Shown here piece after piece: positions 19,173 to 28,914 of a DNA stretch of 64,000 nucleotides. Positions within the stretch are counted from its first letter, which is position 1. Each line of letters opens with the position of its first letter. The notes below the pieces were generated by a model. It saw only the letters and a program-made list of their open reading frames with translations, had not been told where the DNA came from and searched no databases. A program made the position numbers and the translations under genes. Source of the DNA: Nannocystales bacterium (GTDB taxonomy: Bacteria > Myxococcota_A > Polyangia > Nannocystales > Nannocystaceae); contig JBOEGF010000013.1 in assembly GCA_050633305.1 (NCBI GenBank), positions 64,001-128,000 on the forward strand, in the 5' to 3' direction.

Positions 19173-21332
19173 TCAGGACGGGAGCCACAAGTTCACGACG
19201 AGAACCGACGGCGTGCCCAACTGCATGCCGGGGATCGCATCCTGGAACCGACGCCACATGAGGACGGGCGCCAGTCCCTGCGCGAGGATCACCTCCCGCA
19301 GTGCGTCGAGGACCTCGGCCTCGCGGTAGCGACACGTCGAGGGCGCGTGCCACTGAAGGAGGGCCTGGGAGTCGATCGCGAAAGCGTACCCCGTGCGCCC
19401 TTGGTATCGGACCAGCTCGATCCCGTTGGCGCCTGAGCGAACAGTGGGCAGCGGTACCGAACGCTGCACCCCCTCAGCCCGCCAGACGCGGTTGAAGCGG
19501 CGCTCGAGAGCGTCTCGCAAGGCAACCCAGACCCGTTGCCCCGCATCATCGACAGGCAAGTATTCCTCGCCATTGCCACTGAGTGCGCCGAAGCAAACCC
19601 GAACGTCCGAGTACCAGGTCGGCATGCCACGTTGCTCGAGAACGACTTTCCGCTCGCGAGTGACAAAGGCCCCCTTGAGATACTGACCGTTGTCGGGCGT
19701 GGGGAACGGGCCAGACTCGGACCATGCTGCAGCCCAAAAGTCTTCAAACGTGTCGAAGGTCGACAGCATCGGGATATCCCGGGACCGTGGATCGGGCACG
19801 GGGCCCGCCACAGGGTGGCCGTCGGGAAACTCCCACCGGGCCGAAACAACCTCTGCGACCGAAAACGAAGACGTGAGGAGCTCCAGCAGAAGCGACAAAG
19901 CACGCACGGGTTGGTCGACGTTGGTCACGATCACGGAGATGTGATCGCCGGCGACCTCTCTCAGCATGCAGGTCGGGGAGAACGCGCTCTCCCACCCTGC
20001 GACGACGGACTGAAGCAACGCGAACTGTCGTCCCTGAAGACGTTGGGAGAACCCAACGATGCAGTGGAGCCTGGTATCGCGGCCGCATCCCTCGTAGACC
20101 GGATGCGTCAAGCCACCCGGGGGGACGACGTGTGTCTCCGGTCCAGGCACGAACACCCGCACAGGCGCATCATCGGGCGCCTGGACAACCGCAAGGCCGT
20201 GCGCGAAAGACTTTGCGGAGGTCAACGATGGCGGAACTCGAAGGGCGCCCTGCATGTCGACGTACCCCCAACGCCCGTCCTTTCGCACGGGGCAACGCCC
20301 ATCTGCGAACGCGCCAACGTCCTCGTAGAACCCGGGGAGTTCTGTGCCGTCCGTTCGAAGCAGTGCCCAACCCTGCTCACGGTGTTTCACGGACGCGTGC
20401 CCTCCGACGAAACTCCGTAGGTCTTCGTAGCGATGCTCGACCGCCAGCGAACCGTCCGCGCGGAGGAACCCCCACAGCCCGCCCTTGCTCGCGAAGGCGA
20501 ATCCACCGTCGACAGAGCCCACCCGTTCGTAGGCGCCGACCACCGTCCCGTCTGGGAGGAGCAAGCTCCACGTCTCGCCGCGTTTCACCGGCCAGACGCC
20601 GGCCTCCTTTGCCACCCCCACATCGTCGAAGCCCGCCCCCAAGACCCCTTCCTTGCCGAGAATTGCGCAACTTCGGTCCCGGATGGCATTCGCCGCACCG
20701 TCGACGATTCTTCCGATCTTGTCGTACTCCGGAGCGTGAACAAACCGCCCATCTCGATCGATGATGCCCCACCGACCGCCAACCTTGACGCGTGCGAACC
20801 CGTCCACGAAGTCCGTCGCCTCCTGGTACGGCCCCGGCAGCACGACGCTGCCGTTCACGTCGAGGTAGACATCGCCTGTCGGTGTCGCCGCGACCACCAG
20901 ACCGTTGCTGTAGATCCCCATGAACTTGTACGTCGGGGGCAAGACGACGCGACCCTGCGTGTCCATGACACCCCACCGGTCAGCATCGAGAAACGTGGCT
21001 CGCCCCTCATGAGGATCGAGTAGGACGTTGCATGACATCGGTTGCATGCGCGGCGTTCCCAAGCCGTCGACCAACGACCAAGAGCCGCCGCGGACGGTTC
21101 CGTTGACCCGGTTGCCTCCGTCATTGACCCGTGCGAGTCCCTCGAACAGGGGCTCGATGAAGTCGTGCGGCGCCCCCAACGGGTGTCCTCGTCCATCGAG
21201 GAGCGTCATTCGCCCATCGGGCAACACGACCTGTGCCGTCTCGTGCTGAAACGGGTGCGCAACCCGAAATGCCCCTGGAAACGCCTGCTGTCCCGTCGGT
21301 CGAATGTAGTGGAAGCCGAGTCGAAGCGTCAT
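19173..21332 (-). CDS. WG-repeat (KWG) protein with an unknown C-terminal domain
   Basis: Repeats F.DG.A.VK.GGRWGIIDRDG, WGFLRADG, WGYVDMQG and WGVMDTQG. Confidence 0.8.
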   Translation of the reverse strand: MTLRLGFHYIRPTGQQAFPGAFRVAHPFQHETAQVVLPDGRMTLLDGRGHPLGAPHDFIEPLFEGLARVNDGGNRVNGTVRGGSWSLVDGLGTPRMQPMSCNVLLDPHEGRATFLDADRWGVMDTQGRVVLPPTYKFMGIYSNGLVVAATPTGDVYLDVNGSVVLPGPYQEATDFVDGFARVKVGGRWGIIDRDGRFVHAPEYDKIGRIVDGAANAIRDRSCAILGKEGVLGAGFDDVGVAKEAGVWPVKRGETWSLLLPDGTVVGAYERVGSVDGGFAFASKGGLWGFLRADGSLAVEHRYEDLRSFVGGHASVKHREQGWALLRTDGTELPGFYEDVGAFADGRCPVRKDGRWGYVDMQGALRVPPSLTSAKSFAHGLAVVQAPDDAPVRVFVPGPETHVVPPGGLTHPVYEGCGRDTRLHCIVGFSQRLQGRQFALLQSVVAGWESAFSPTCMLREVAGDHISVIVTNVDQPVRALSLLLELLTSSFSVAEVVSARWEFPDGHPVAGPVPDPRSRDIPMLSTFDTFEDFWAAAWSESGPFPTPDNGQYLKGAFVTRERKVVLEQRGMPTWYSDVRVCFGALSGNGEEYLPVDDAGQRVWVALRDALERRFNRVWRAEGVQRSVPLPTVRSGANGIELVRYQGRTGYAFAIDSQALLQWHAPSTCRYREAEVLDALREVILAQGLAPVLMWRRFQDAIPGMQLGTPSVLVVNLWLPS

Positions 21333-21420
21333 CAACAGGGGAGTGATCGGGAGCCCGAAAGGGTTCGGAAAAGGTTTGGAGGCCACGGCTTGACCCCGCG
21401 CGCCTGCACCATCGACGCTC

Positions 21421-24129
21421 TTGGAGGTGCTCGAGCCGGACGACACAGCGAACCTCGTGCGCGCGGCTCCTCCCGCGCAATCGGGCGTGGATCGCGAAGT
21501 CGGATTGTCCGCGGTCCTGCAGACCGTGCTCCGTCGCGAGGAGCGGGTCCGCGTCGGCCGGTTCATCGTCCAAGGACGCCTCGGCGCTGGCGGGATGGGT
21601 GCGGTGTACCGGGCCTGGGACCCGCGGCTGGAACGGACCATCGCACTCAAGCTGCTGCTCCAGGCGGATGAGAGCGGTCAGCGGCTTCGCCATGAAGCCA
21701 AAGCCCTCGCCAAGCTCAAACACCCCAACGTCGTGGCGGTCTACGACGTCGGCGAGGATGAGCAGGGCGGCTTTGTGGCGATGGAGTTGGTCGATGGCCC
21801 GACCCTTCGGACCTGGGTCGAGACCCACCCCGACGGGACGGCCCGAGCGGTGGTCAAGATGTTCGTCCAGGCGGGTCGAGGGCTTGCCGCGGCGCATGCC
21901 GTTGGCGTGGTCCACCGCGACTTCAAACCCGACAACGCGATCGTCGGAAGCGACGGACGTGTGCGAGTTGTGGATTTCGGCATCGCGCGGCTCCGCGGAG
22001 ATCCGGATGCAACCCCCACCGCAGGCACGCCCAACGCCATGGCTCCCGAGCAACGCCGCGGGGATGTCAGCGACGCGCGAACGGACCAATACGCCTTTTG
22101 CTTGGCCCTGCAACGCTGCCTTCACGCACACGACGACGGCGCCTCCAGAAGGCAGCTCCCACGGGACTCCCGGGCAGCGATCGAACGCGGCCTCGCGGAA
22201 GACCCGAACGACCGCTGGCCTGCCATGGACGCTCTTCTGGAGGCCTTGGAGCCACCCACCCGGTCCCGGCGACGGTGGCTCGCCTTGGGCGTGATGGCGG
22301 CGTCGCTCGCCGGCTTCAGCGCGCGAGGCTCGGCCGACTCCTCACCCTCTTGCCCCGAGCCGCGGTCCGACGTCGCCACATCGTGGACCCGGCACAACCG
22401 CGATGCGCTCGAAGCGAAGTTCCGCGAGTCAGCAACCCCCGGGGCTCCGGAGTTCCTCCGGCGTATCGATGGCTTCGTCATGTCTTGGCAAGACGCACGG
22501 GTCGCCGCGTGCGGACTTCTCCACACGGAGAGAGGCGAGCTTGCCGCCACCGGATCTCGCCGGCTCGAGTGTCTGGACCTCGTCGCCGACGGCCTGAACT
22601 CATTCACAACAGACCTGGTCGCGAGGGAGGGCGACGCGCTTCGATATGCCGGACTTGCCGTGCAAGCCCTACCCCGCCCTCAAGACTGCGCAGCCTCTCA
22701 CGATACGCTCGTCGGCTCGCTCCCAGACGGCGCACTGCTCCTGGAGATCCAGGCCGGACAGGTCGCCCGTCGACTGTTCGACTTCGACGGCGCTGTGGAG
22801 CGGATCACCCCGGCGTACAAACGCGCGACAGCTGAAGGGCTCCATCGACTCGCCGCGACTGCTGCGCTGACGCTCTCCACCCACGACAACGACGAACACG
22901 ATCAGCGACGTCAGTGGGCAGAGCGAGCGTTGGCGAGCGCGGAGAAGGCCCAGAACACAGACTTGATGGTTCTGGCCTGGATCAATCTGAGCTACACCGA
23001 CGCGAGTTCCGACCCGCCGGGACCCTGGGAGTCGACGCTGGAGCACGCGGTTCGCCTCGGCGCTCCCGCTTCACTCTCCCCGGCTACGACCGCCAGGCTC
23101 GCCGTGGCTCAGGCCAATGCTGCGATGCGTCAGGGGAGACACGCCGACGCACTCCCGTACCACGAAGAAGCGATTGCGGCGTACAGCGGAGACGGACTCA
23201 ACGCATCTGCGGCCTCGATTCACTGTGACAAAGCCCAGGCCCACGCTGCGTTGGGACAGATCCCACTCGGGCTATCGGAGATCAAAACATGCCTCGATCA
23301 GCTCTCGACGACGCTAGGAGCCACCCACCCGCACCTCTTCGTCCGGCTCGGGATTGGCATGCAGATCTCGCTGATCGGCAACGACCCTCGACAGACGATC
23401 GAGCTGGCCAATCGTGCCATCCCTATCGGGCGCCGCGGCCAATACCGAGCCAGGTTCCGAATCGCGCCATACACCTATGGAGCCGGTGCACACACCGAGC
23501 TTGGGGAATACGAGGATGCGGTGGGCCTGCTCGAAGAAGGTCTCGCGGTCGCGGAGTCACTGGAGAGCACAGATGCCGAGGCAAGCATCCACGCACAACT
23601 CGGTAGCACGCTTTCCGAAGCCGGCGACTGTGTCGCCGCACTACCGCACTTCGACGAGGCACTCGTCCTCCTGCGACGAGAACCTGAGTCCCATCTAACC
23701 CAGGGGATCACCTTACTCAACCGCGGCGAGTGCCTCGCCAAGACCGGGGATGGCGACGCCGCGATGGCGGACGTCGAGGGCGCCTGGGAGGTCTTCGACT
23801 TCCCACAGACCAGCACCCTCGGCCTCAAGCAGGTCAGGCTCGACGCCCAGGTAAGCCTCTTCGCAGGACGGCTCGAACGAGCCGCCGAAAAGCTCGCCGT
23901 GGTCGAGGAACGCGCCGAGTCTGTCAGCCTTCCACCCGCGGACTTGGCGTACGCTCTGTACCTACGCGCACGCGTCGAAGCAAAACGTAACAACGCCCCG
24001 CTTGCGCACATCTACATCGACCGTGCGGAGAAGGCCTATGCCGGGCACGTCGACGGCGCCAGAAGTCGGTACCGCGAGTTTCAAGCGTGGCTCGGAGAGT
24101 ACGACCTCAACCATCCGGCCCCGCCGTGA
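21421..24129 (+). CDS. Hanks-type Ser/Thr protein kinase with TM segment and TPR-like C-terminus
   Basis: LGAGGMGAVY, IALKLL, HPNVV.VYD, HRDFKPDN, DFG and GTP..MAPEQ, then a TM segment and helical repeats. Start is uncertain. Confidence 0.9.
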   Translation: MEVLEPDDTANLVRAAPPAQSGVDREVGLSAVLQTVLRREERVRVGRFIVQGRLGAGGMGAVYRAWDPRLERTIALKLLLQADESGQRLRHEAKALAKLKHPNVVAVYDVGEDEQGGFVAMELVDGPTLRTWVETHPDGTARAVVKMFVQAGRGLAAAHAVGVVHRDFKPDNAIVGSDGRVRVVDFGIARLRGDPDATPTAGTPNAMAPEQRRGDVSDARTDQYAFCLALQRCLHAHDDGASRRQLPRDSRAAIERGLAEDPNDRWPAMDALLEALEPPTRSRRRWLALGVMAASLAGFSARGSADSSPSCPEPRSDVATSWTRHNRDALEAKFRESATPGAPEFLRRIDGFVMSWQDARVAACGLLHTERGELAATGSRRLECLDLVADGLNSFTTDLVAREGDALRYAGLAVQALPRPQDCAASHDTLVGSLPDGALLLEIQAGQVARRLFDFDGAVERITPAYKRATAEGLHRLAATAALTLSTHDNDEHDQRRQWAERALASAEKAQNTDLMVLAWINLSYTDASSDPPGPWESTLEHAVRLGAPASLSPATTARLAVAQANAAMRQGRHADALPYHEEAIAAYSGDGLNASAASIHCDKAQAHAALGQIPLGLSEIKTCLDQLSTTLGATHPHLFVRLGIGMQISLIGNDPRQTIELANRAIPIGRRGQYRARFRIAPYTYGAGAHTELGEYEDAVGLLEEGLAVAESLESTDAEASIHAQLGSTLSEAGDCVAALPHFDEALVLLRREPESHLTQGITLLNRGECLAKTGDGDAAMADVEGAWEVFDFPQTSTLGLKQVRLDAQVSLFAGRLERAAEKLAVVEERAESVSLPPADLAYALYLRARVEAKRNNAPLAHIYIDRAEKAYAGHVDGARSRYREFQAWLGEYDLNHPAPP

Positions 24130-24721
24130 CCCACTCCGTCGAGAGCCTTCTCAGCGGTTCGGACAACCCCTTGCGACCAGCTTGGCGCTCCAGCTCCTGA
24201 CGCAGAAGTTTTCGCGCTCGATGCAAACGGCTCTTCACCGTTCCGACCGGGACCTCCAAGACCTCTGCGAGTTCGGGGCCACGAAGCTCCTGCCAGTACG
24301 TCAGCTCGAGAACGACCTGCAGCTCCATGGGAAGCGCTTGCACGGCGTCGAGGATGGTCTGCTGCTCCTGCCGAACGCGAGCGAGCGTCGATGGGCCGCC
24401 GTTGAGGTCGATGGCCGATGTCACCGCCGCGTCGAACTCAAAGTGCTTGTTCCGCCGCTGGCGTTCTCGAATCGTCTCGAACAAGAGGTTTCGAGCGATC
24501 CCGTAGAGAAACGCCCGGAAACTGCCGCTGTCTCGCAGCCTCGCGCGCCCTTCGGCCGCCCTGAGAAATGTCGCCTGCACCAGGTCTCCCGTGTCCCCAC
24601 GGGTCTTGGTGGCAAAGAAACGCACCACCCCATCGTAGTGCCGCCGGATGAGGAACTCCGCCGCGCCATCGTCTCCCGCGCACCACGCCCGTGCAGCCTC
24701 TTGGTCGGTGGAGTACTCCAT
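24107..24721 (-). CDS. ECF RNA polymerase sigma factor
   Basis: Sigma2 DLVQATFL...SFRAFLYGIARN and sigma4 LP...LTYWQEL...ELAEVLEVPVGTVKSRLHRAR. Confidence 0.92.
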   Translation of the reverse strand: MEYSTDQEAARAWCAGDDGAAEFLIRRHYDGVVRFFATKTRGDTGDLVQATFLRAAEGRARLRDSGSFRAFLYGIARNLLFETIRERQRRNKHFEFDAAVTSAIDLNGGPSTLARVRQEQQTILDAVQALPMELQVVLELTYWQELRGPELAEVLEVPVGTVKSRLHRARKLLRQELERQAGRKGLSEPLRRLSTEWVTAGPDG

Positions 24722-24810
24722 CGCACGCGTTCGCCCGTGACAACGTACCCCGTCCGCGGCCCCTGGGGGCCCGCTTCAGCGCTCTGTCCTTCTACCAGCA
24801 CCGAGGTGCC

Positions 24811-25803
24811 CTAGCGCCGACCTCCGCGCACGTCTAGCTGCAGACGCATCAGGCTTGGGTGCGGATCGCTGGAGAAGAACGGAAATGCTGCGTTGGCGAT
24901 GTAGAGACCGAAGCGGTCGGCGCCATAGCGACCGAACAAGACCGCGGTCGGTCCATCGAGCCCGTCGTTCTCGTCGAGTAGAGTCTCGACCGACCCATCC
25001 GGGCTGATACGAAGCACGGTGTTGAAAGGGTCGGTGCCGCAGTAGAGGTTTTTCTGGCGGTCGAACGCGAAGTCGTCACACCCGACATCGGCCACGATGC
25101 GAGGTTCACCACCTTCGGGAAACGGGAACGCGACGATCTGGGCCGAGTTCGAGTTGGAGACGTAGAGTTCTCGGCGGAAGATCTGCACGCCGTTGGGGCC
25201 AGGAAAGGGAACGTTGGGGTCGCTGTCCAACAACGGATGCTCGGCCCAAATGTAGGGGTCGCCTCCATCGAGCGGCACCGCCCAGACCTTTCCCTCAGGA
25301 GCGGAGTCGGCGACGTAGACGGTCCGTCCCCGCTTCGCGATCCCGTTGGGGACCGCGGTCACCGGGAGTTGGGCTACGAGCTCGGTTTGGCAGTCGGGAT
25401 GGACAACCCAGACACCGCGGTCGGCCGGGTCCGATGCCGAGACGCTGACGTAGATGTCGTCGTGGCGATCGATGACCATCGCCCCCATGATCCCGGAGAA
25501 TGTGGTGGGGTCGAAAGGCCCTCCGATCGGAAGAAATGCGTGTGTCGACTGCTGGCCGTCGGAGCCTACTCGCACGATCTCTCCGCTCAGCGCCATGCTG
25601 ACAAAGAGGTCGCCATCGGAGCCGATCACAAGGCTTTCCGGGGTGTCCCCGAGGGACGGGTCGAAGGTCGCGATCGTCTCGACATCCCCTACGTTGGAGA
25701 CAGGGGGAGACGCGTCGGTAACGGCCGGCTCGAAGCACGCGAGCACGGCAGCAGCCAGTCCAACTCGAAGCAAAAAGCGAAAGGTTCGATGAGGGTGTTC
25801 CAC
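24811..25803 (-). CDS. Secreted SMP-30/gluconolactonase-like six-bladed beta-propeller
   Basis: LAC lipobox-like signal, PESLVI, PNGIA...VYVADS, GPNGV...LYVSNS, DDFAFD and GPTAV.FG. Confidence 0.8.
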   Translation of the reverse strand: MEHPHRTFRFLLRVGLAAAVLACFEPAVTDASPPVSNVGDVETIATFDPSLGDTPESLVIGSDGDLFVSMALSGEIVRVGSDGQQSTHAFLPIGGPFDPTTFSGIMGAMVIDRHDDIYVSVSASDPADRGVWVVHPDCQTELVAQLPVTAVPNGIAKRGRTVYVADSAPEGKVWAVPLDGGDPYIWAEHPLLDSDPNVPFPGPNGVQIFRRELYVSNSNSAQIVAFPFPEGGEPRIVADVGCDDFAFDRQKNLYCGTDPFNTVLRISPDGSVETLLDENDGLDGPTAVLFGRYGADRFGLYIANAAFPFFSSDPHPSLMRLQLDVRGGRR

Positions 25804-25884
25804 TGGCCCGACGTACGGTGAAACCCCTGCGGTGCTAGGTCGCAGATCATATTGGGACGCACTCCAGCGTGGCATCTAACCTGT

Positions 25885-25906
25885 CCCTTGGCACAGGTGC
25901 CAAGGG
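25885..25906. promoter_or_regulatory. 22-bp palindrome (operator or hairpin)
   Basis: CCCTTGGCAC-AG-GTGCCAAGGG lies between the kinase stop and the propeller gene start. Confidence 0.45.
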
Positions 25907-25922
25907 CATGTCACCCCAAAAC

Positions 25923-28814
25923 TCAGCGTCGAAGTTCGTCTCGCAACGCCTCGGCCTCGGCGACAACTTCCGCGGGATACGGTGAAATTTCAAGGAGCTC
26001 CAGCGCATCCGCCAACACGACAAGCGCCTCGTCCGTCCGCCCGTCTTCATGCAGAGTACGGACATGCGTCAATCGATACGCACTGGCCCTATGCGCAAAG
26101 AGTTTTCCTCGTAATCGTTGTTCCGCGCGCTCAAACAGCAACAGGGCATGAGGCCGGTTGCCGACCTTGCTCCAGTTACTCGCGAGCATGTACAGGGTAA
26201 TCCCGCGATCAGCGAGCGGCACATTTCCGCTTGACGACTCCACCAAGACCTCCGCCTTTTGGTTGAGTGTCCGGGCCTCGGCCACGTCGCCTTGGTTGAC
26301 CTTGCACATGGCGAGCATCGCAATTGCATTCGCCCGGCGAAGCGCCGGTGCCTCCGCGAGGACGTCGACCGAACGCCGAAACCACTGTTCCGCGGTGTCG
26401 TGCTCCCCCTCAACAGTCGCGAGCGAGCCGAACGCCGAGAAGAGCGGAGCCGCCTCGGTGGTTTGCAGGGCATCCAGCTGTTCCCGGATCTTGTACGACT
26501 CCTCGTAGTGCTGCTTCGCCGCAGCGAGATCGCCCAAGTTCCGCTCTACGATCCCAAGTGAAAGCAAGGCGTAGGCGAGCGGCAACCGAGGTTCGTCATT
26601 GGCCGCACGGAGGCCATCGAGCGCGTCCAGATGGGCCTCACGTCCCTCCTCGAAGCGCCCTTGCATGACGAGCACTTGGGCGAGTTTCTCTCGGCCAGAT
26701 GCAGTGTTCGCGTGCCGAGGCCCCCAGTGTTCCTGCGCAAACTGGGCCGACTTCCGAAACGCCTCTGCGGCTTCGTCCAGACGCTCGGCATTGGCAAGAG
26801 CGACTCCGACGTTCGTCATCCCATTCATGTAGCGCTCGGCTCCGGCAGGATCCTCGAACGCCAACTCGGCAACCCGTTCAAAATGCCGGATCGCCGCCTC
26901 GGTTTGATTCTGCCGACCCGCCAAGATCCCCCGTACGTTGAGCACGGGCACGAGGTACGTGGACCGCTCCATGTCGTGCCGTCGCATGAGGGCTTCGGCC
27001 CGGCGAATCCAGGCCTCGGCGGCTTCAAAGTTGTCGGTGGTCGTCGCGAGCACGTGCGCCGTCGTGCTCGCAACCTTCAATGCGGTGATGTCATCTGCCG
27101 CAGCGAGTGCAGCTTCGAAGGCTCGCTCGCGCGTCTGTGATGCCTCCTTCGCATCTCCTGCCCCCAGCTCGCAGTCCGCACGAACCGCGAGCAGCCTCGC
27201 GATCTCCGGGCCAAACCCGAGCTCCCGAACCCGCGGTTCAACGGCGGCCAGTTGCTCGAGGCAGGCCTGAGCATCGTTGGCCTGTCCTGCGTCGCTCGCC
27301 TCGTCGATCGCGGGCGAGACCTCCAAGAGCGAGGCACGCATCGTGGGATCGAGCGGTGCCCCGACTTGGAGTTCGAGCCAACTGACGTCGTTGCACGATT
27401 TCGACTCATGCAGCTGTTCCACTTCGCTGAGGCCGGACTGAACCCCTTGCGAGTCCACCGCATCGAAGGAATCGACAACCTCCTCGAACTCAGCGAGGGA
27501 CGCCTCGAGGCAGCGCCGGGAACGGAAGCCGAGTTCTTCCGTGAACGCTCGCTCCGGGCCCGCCATCGCACAAGAGCGCTGCGCAGCCTCCGCCCACCCG
27601 GTCGCATACTCGTCGAGCACCTTGACCACTCGACCGCCCATCGAGGCACCGTTGAACGCACCCGAGCGCTCGAACGCAGTGAGCACCGACTCGCGCCGCA
27701 GGGTGTTCCACAAGTCGTCGATCTCTGCCCCTGCCCCCGCACACGGTTGGGGTTCTTGTGCAGAGGCCGCGTTCTTCTTGCCCAGGCCGTAGGCGGCCGC
27801 CGTTGCGGTGGCGAAGACGGCAACACCGACCAGAACCAGGCCAGCCGAGGACCGCTCCGCAGGGCTCAGCGCTTCAAGCAGCGCGGTCATGGACGCAAAG
27901 CGGTCGTCCGGGCTGGTCTGCAGGCCGCGGTCGATGACCGCCAGGATCGCGGGGTCGAGAGCTTCTGCTTCGGGGGTGTGCGTTCGTTCGCCACGAAGCA
28001 CCGCCGCACTGAGGGTCGCGAACGAGTCCGAACGGAACGGACGCTCTCCAGTCAGGGCCTCGTGGAGTGCCACGCAGAACGCAAACTGATCGGTACGCTC
28101 GTCTGACGGACGTCCGGCGAACTGCTCCGGAGCCATGTACGCAGGCGTCCCGATCACAGCCCCCGTTCGTGTGAGCTGCATATCGAAGCTCGAGGATGCG
28201 CCGGGCAGGTCGTTGGAGGCTGCGTCCTCCGGTCCATCTCCCCCTTGGCGTGCGAGACCGAAATCGAGGACCCGCGGCCGACCCTGCTTGTCCACGAGCA
28301 CGTTGTCGGGCTTGAAGTCGCGATGCACGACTCCGGCGGCGTGGGCGGCCGCGATGCCAGCGCCCGCCTTCCGAAACACGTTGAGGATCTCCTGCGTGTC
28401 TGGATTGGTCCGTGTCCGCCACGCGCCCAGAGGCTCCCCGTCGACCAACTCCATCGCAAAGAAAACACGCTCGCCAACCATGCCCACGTCGTGAACCGCG
28501 ATGACGTTGGGATGAGCGATTCGGGCCATCGCCTGAGCCTCACGCTGAAGCCGGGATGGCCCTTGCGTGCCTTGGCGGGAACCGTCGCCCAGCAGCAGCT
28601 TGATGGCGACCGCGCGGTCGAGTTCCGGGTCGAACGCCTTGTAGACGACTCCCATCGCACCCGCACCCAAGCGTTCAATGATCACGTAGCGCCCAACGCT
28701 GGCCCCGCGGTCGAGTGCGAGCTCTCGGCGTGCCGCCTCACGAACCCCGGTCCCAGCCAACGTCTCTTCGTCGCTCGGGACCTCGGTGGACACCCGATGT
28801 TCGTCATCCGACAA
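25923..28814 (-). CDS. Hanks-type Ser/Thr protein kinase with TM segment and TPR repeats
   Basis: LGAGAMGVVY, VAIKLL, HPNVI, HRDFKPDNVL, DFGLAR, GTPAYMAPEQF and DQFAFC, then TM and TPRs (WGPRHANTA, LGIVERNLGDLAAAKQHYE). Confidence 0.93.
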   Translation of the reverse strand: MSDDEHRVSTEVPSDEETLAGTGVREAARRELALDRGASVGRYVIIERLGAGAMGVVYKAFDPELDRAVAIKLLLGDGSRQGTQGPSRLQREAQAMARIAHPNVIAVHDVGMVGERVFFAMELVDGEPLGAWRTRTNPDTQEILNVFRKAGAGIAAAHAAGVVHRDFKPDNVLVDKQGRPRVLDFGLARQGGDGPEDAASNDLPGASSSFDMQLTRTGAVIGTPAYMAPEQFAGRPSDERTDQFAFCVALHEALTGERPFRSDSFATLSAAVLRGERTHTPEAEALDPAILAVIDRGLQTSPDDRFASMTALLEALSPAERSSAGLVLVGVAVFATATAAAYGLGKKNAASAQEPQPCAGAGAEIDDLWNTLRRESVLTAFERSGAFNGASMGGRVVKVLDEYATGWAEAAQRSCAMAGPERAFTEELGFRSRRCLEASLAEFEEVVDSFDAVDSQGVQSGLSEVEQLHESKSCNDVSWLELQVGAPLDPTMRASLLEVSPAIDEASDAGQANDAQACLEQLAAVEPRVRELGFGPEIARLLAVRADCELGAGDAKEASQTRERAFEAALAAADDITALKVASTTAHVLATTTDNFEAAEAWIRRAEALMRRHDMERSTYLVPVLNVRGILAGRQNQTEAAIRHFERVAELAFEDPAGAERYMNGMTNVGVALANAERLDEAAEAFRKSAQFAQEHWGPRHANTASGREKLAQVLVMQGRFEEGREAHLDALDGLRAANDEPRLPLAYALLSLGIVERNLGDLAAAKQHYEESYKIREQLDALQTTEAAPLFSAFGSLATVEGEHDTAEQWFRRSVDVLAEAPALRRANAIAMLAMCKVNQGDVAEARTLNQKAEVLVESSSGNVPLADRGITLYMLASNWSKVGNRPHALLLFERAEQRLRGKLFAHRASAYRLTHVRTLHEDGRTDEALVVLADALELLEISPYPAEVVAEAEALRDELRR

Positions 28815-28914
28815 CGCCGCAGAGGATACCTCGGGTCATCGGGTCCAACCGGGGAGCCAAGAAAACCGACACAAGCCCGTCATCCGGTCCCGTTCCGCTG
28901 CGAATGAGGAACTG

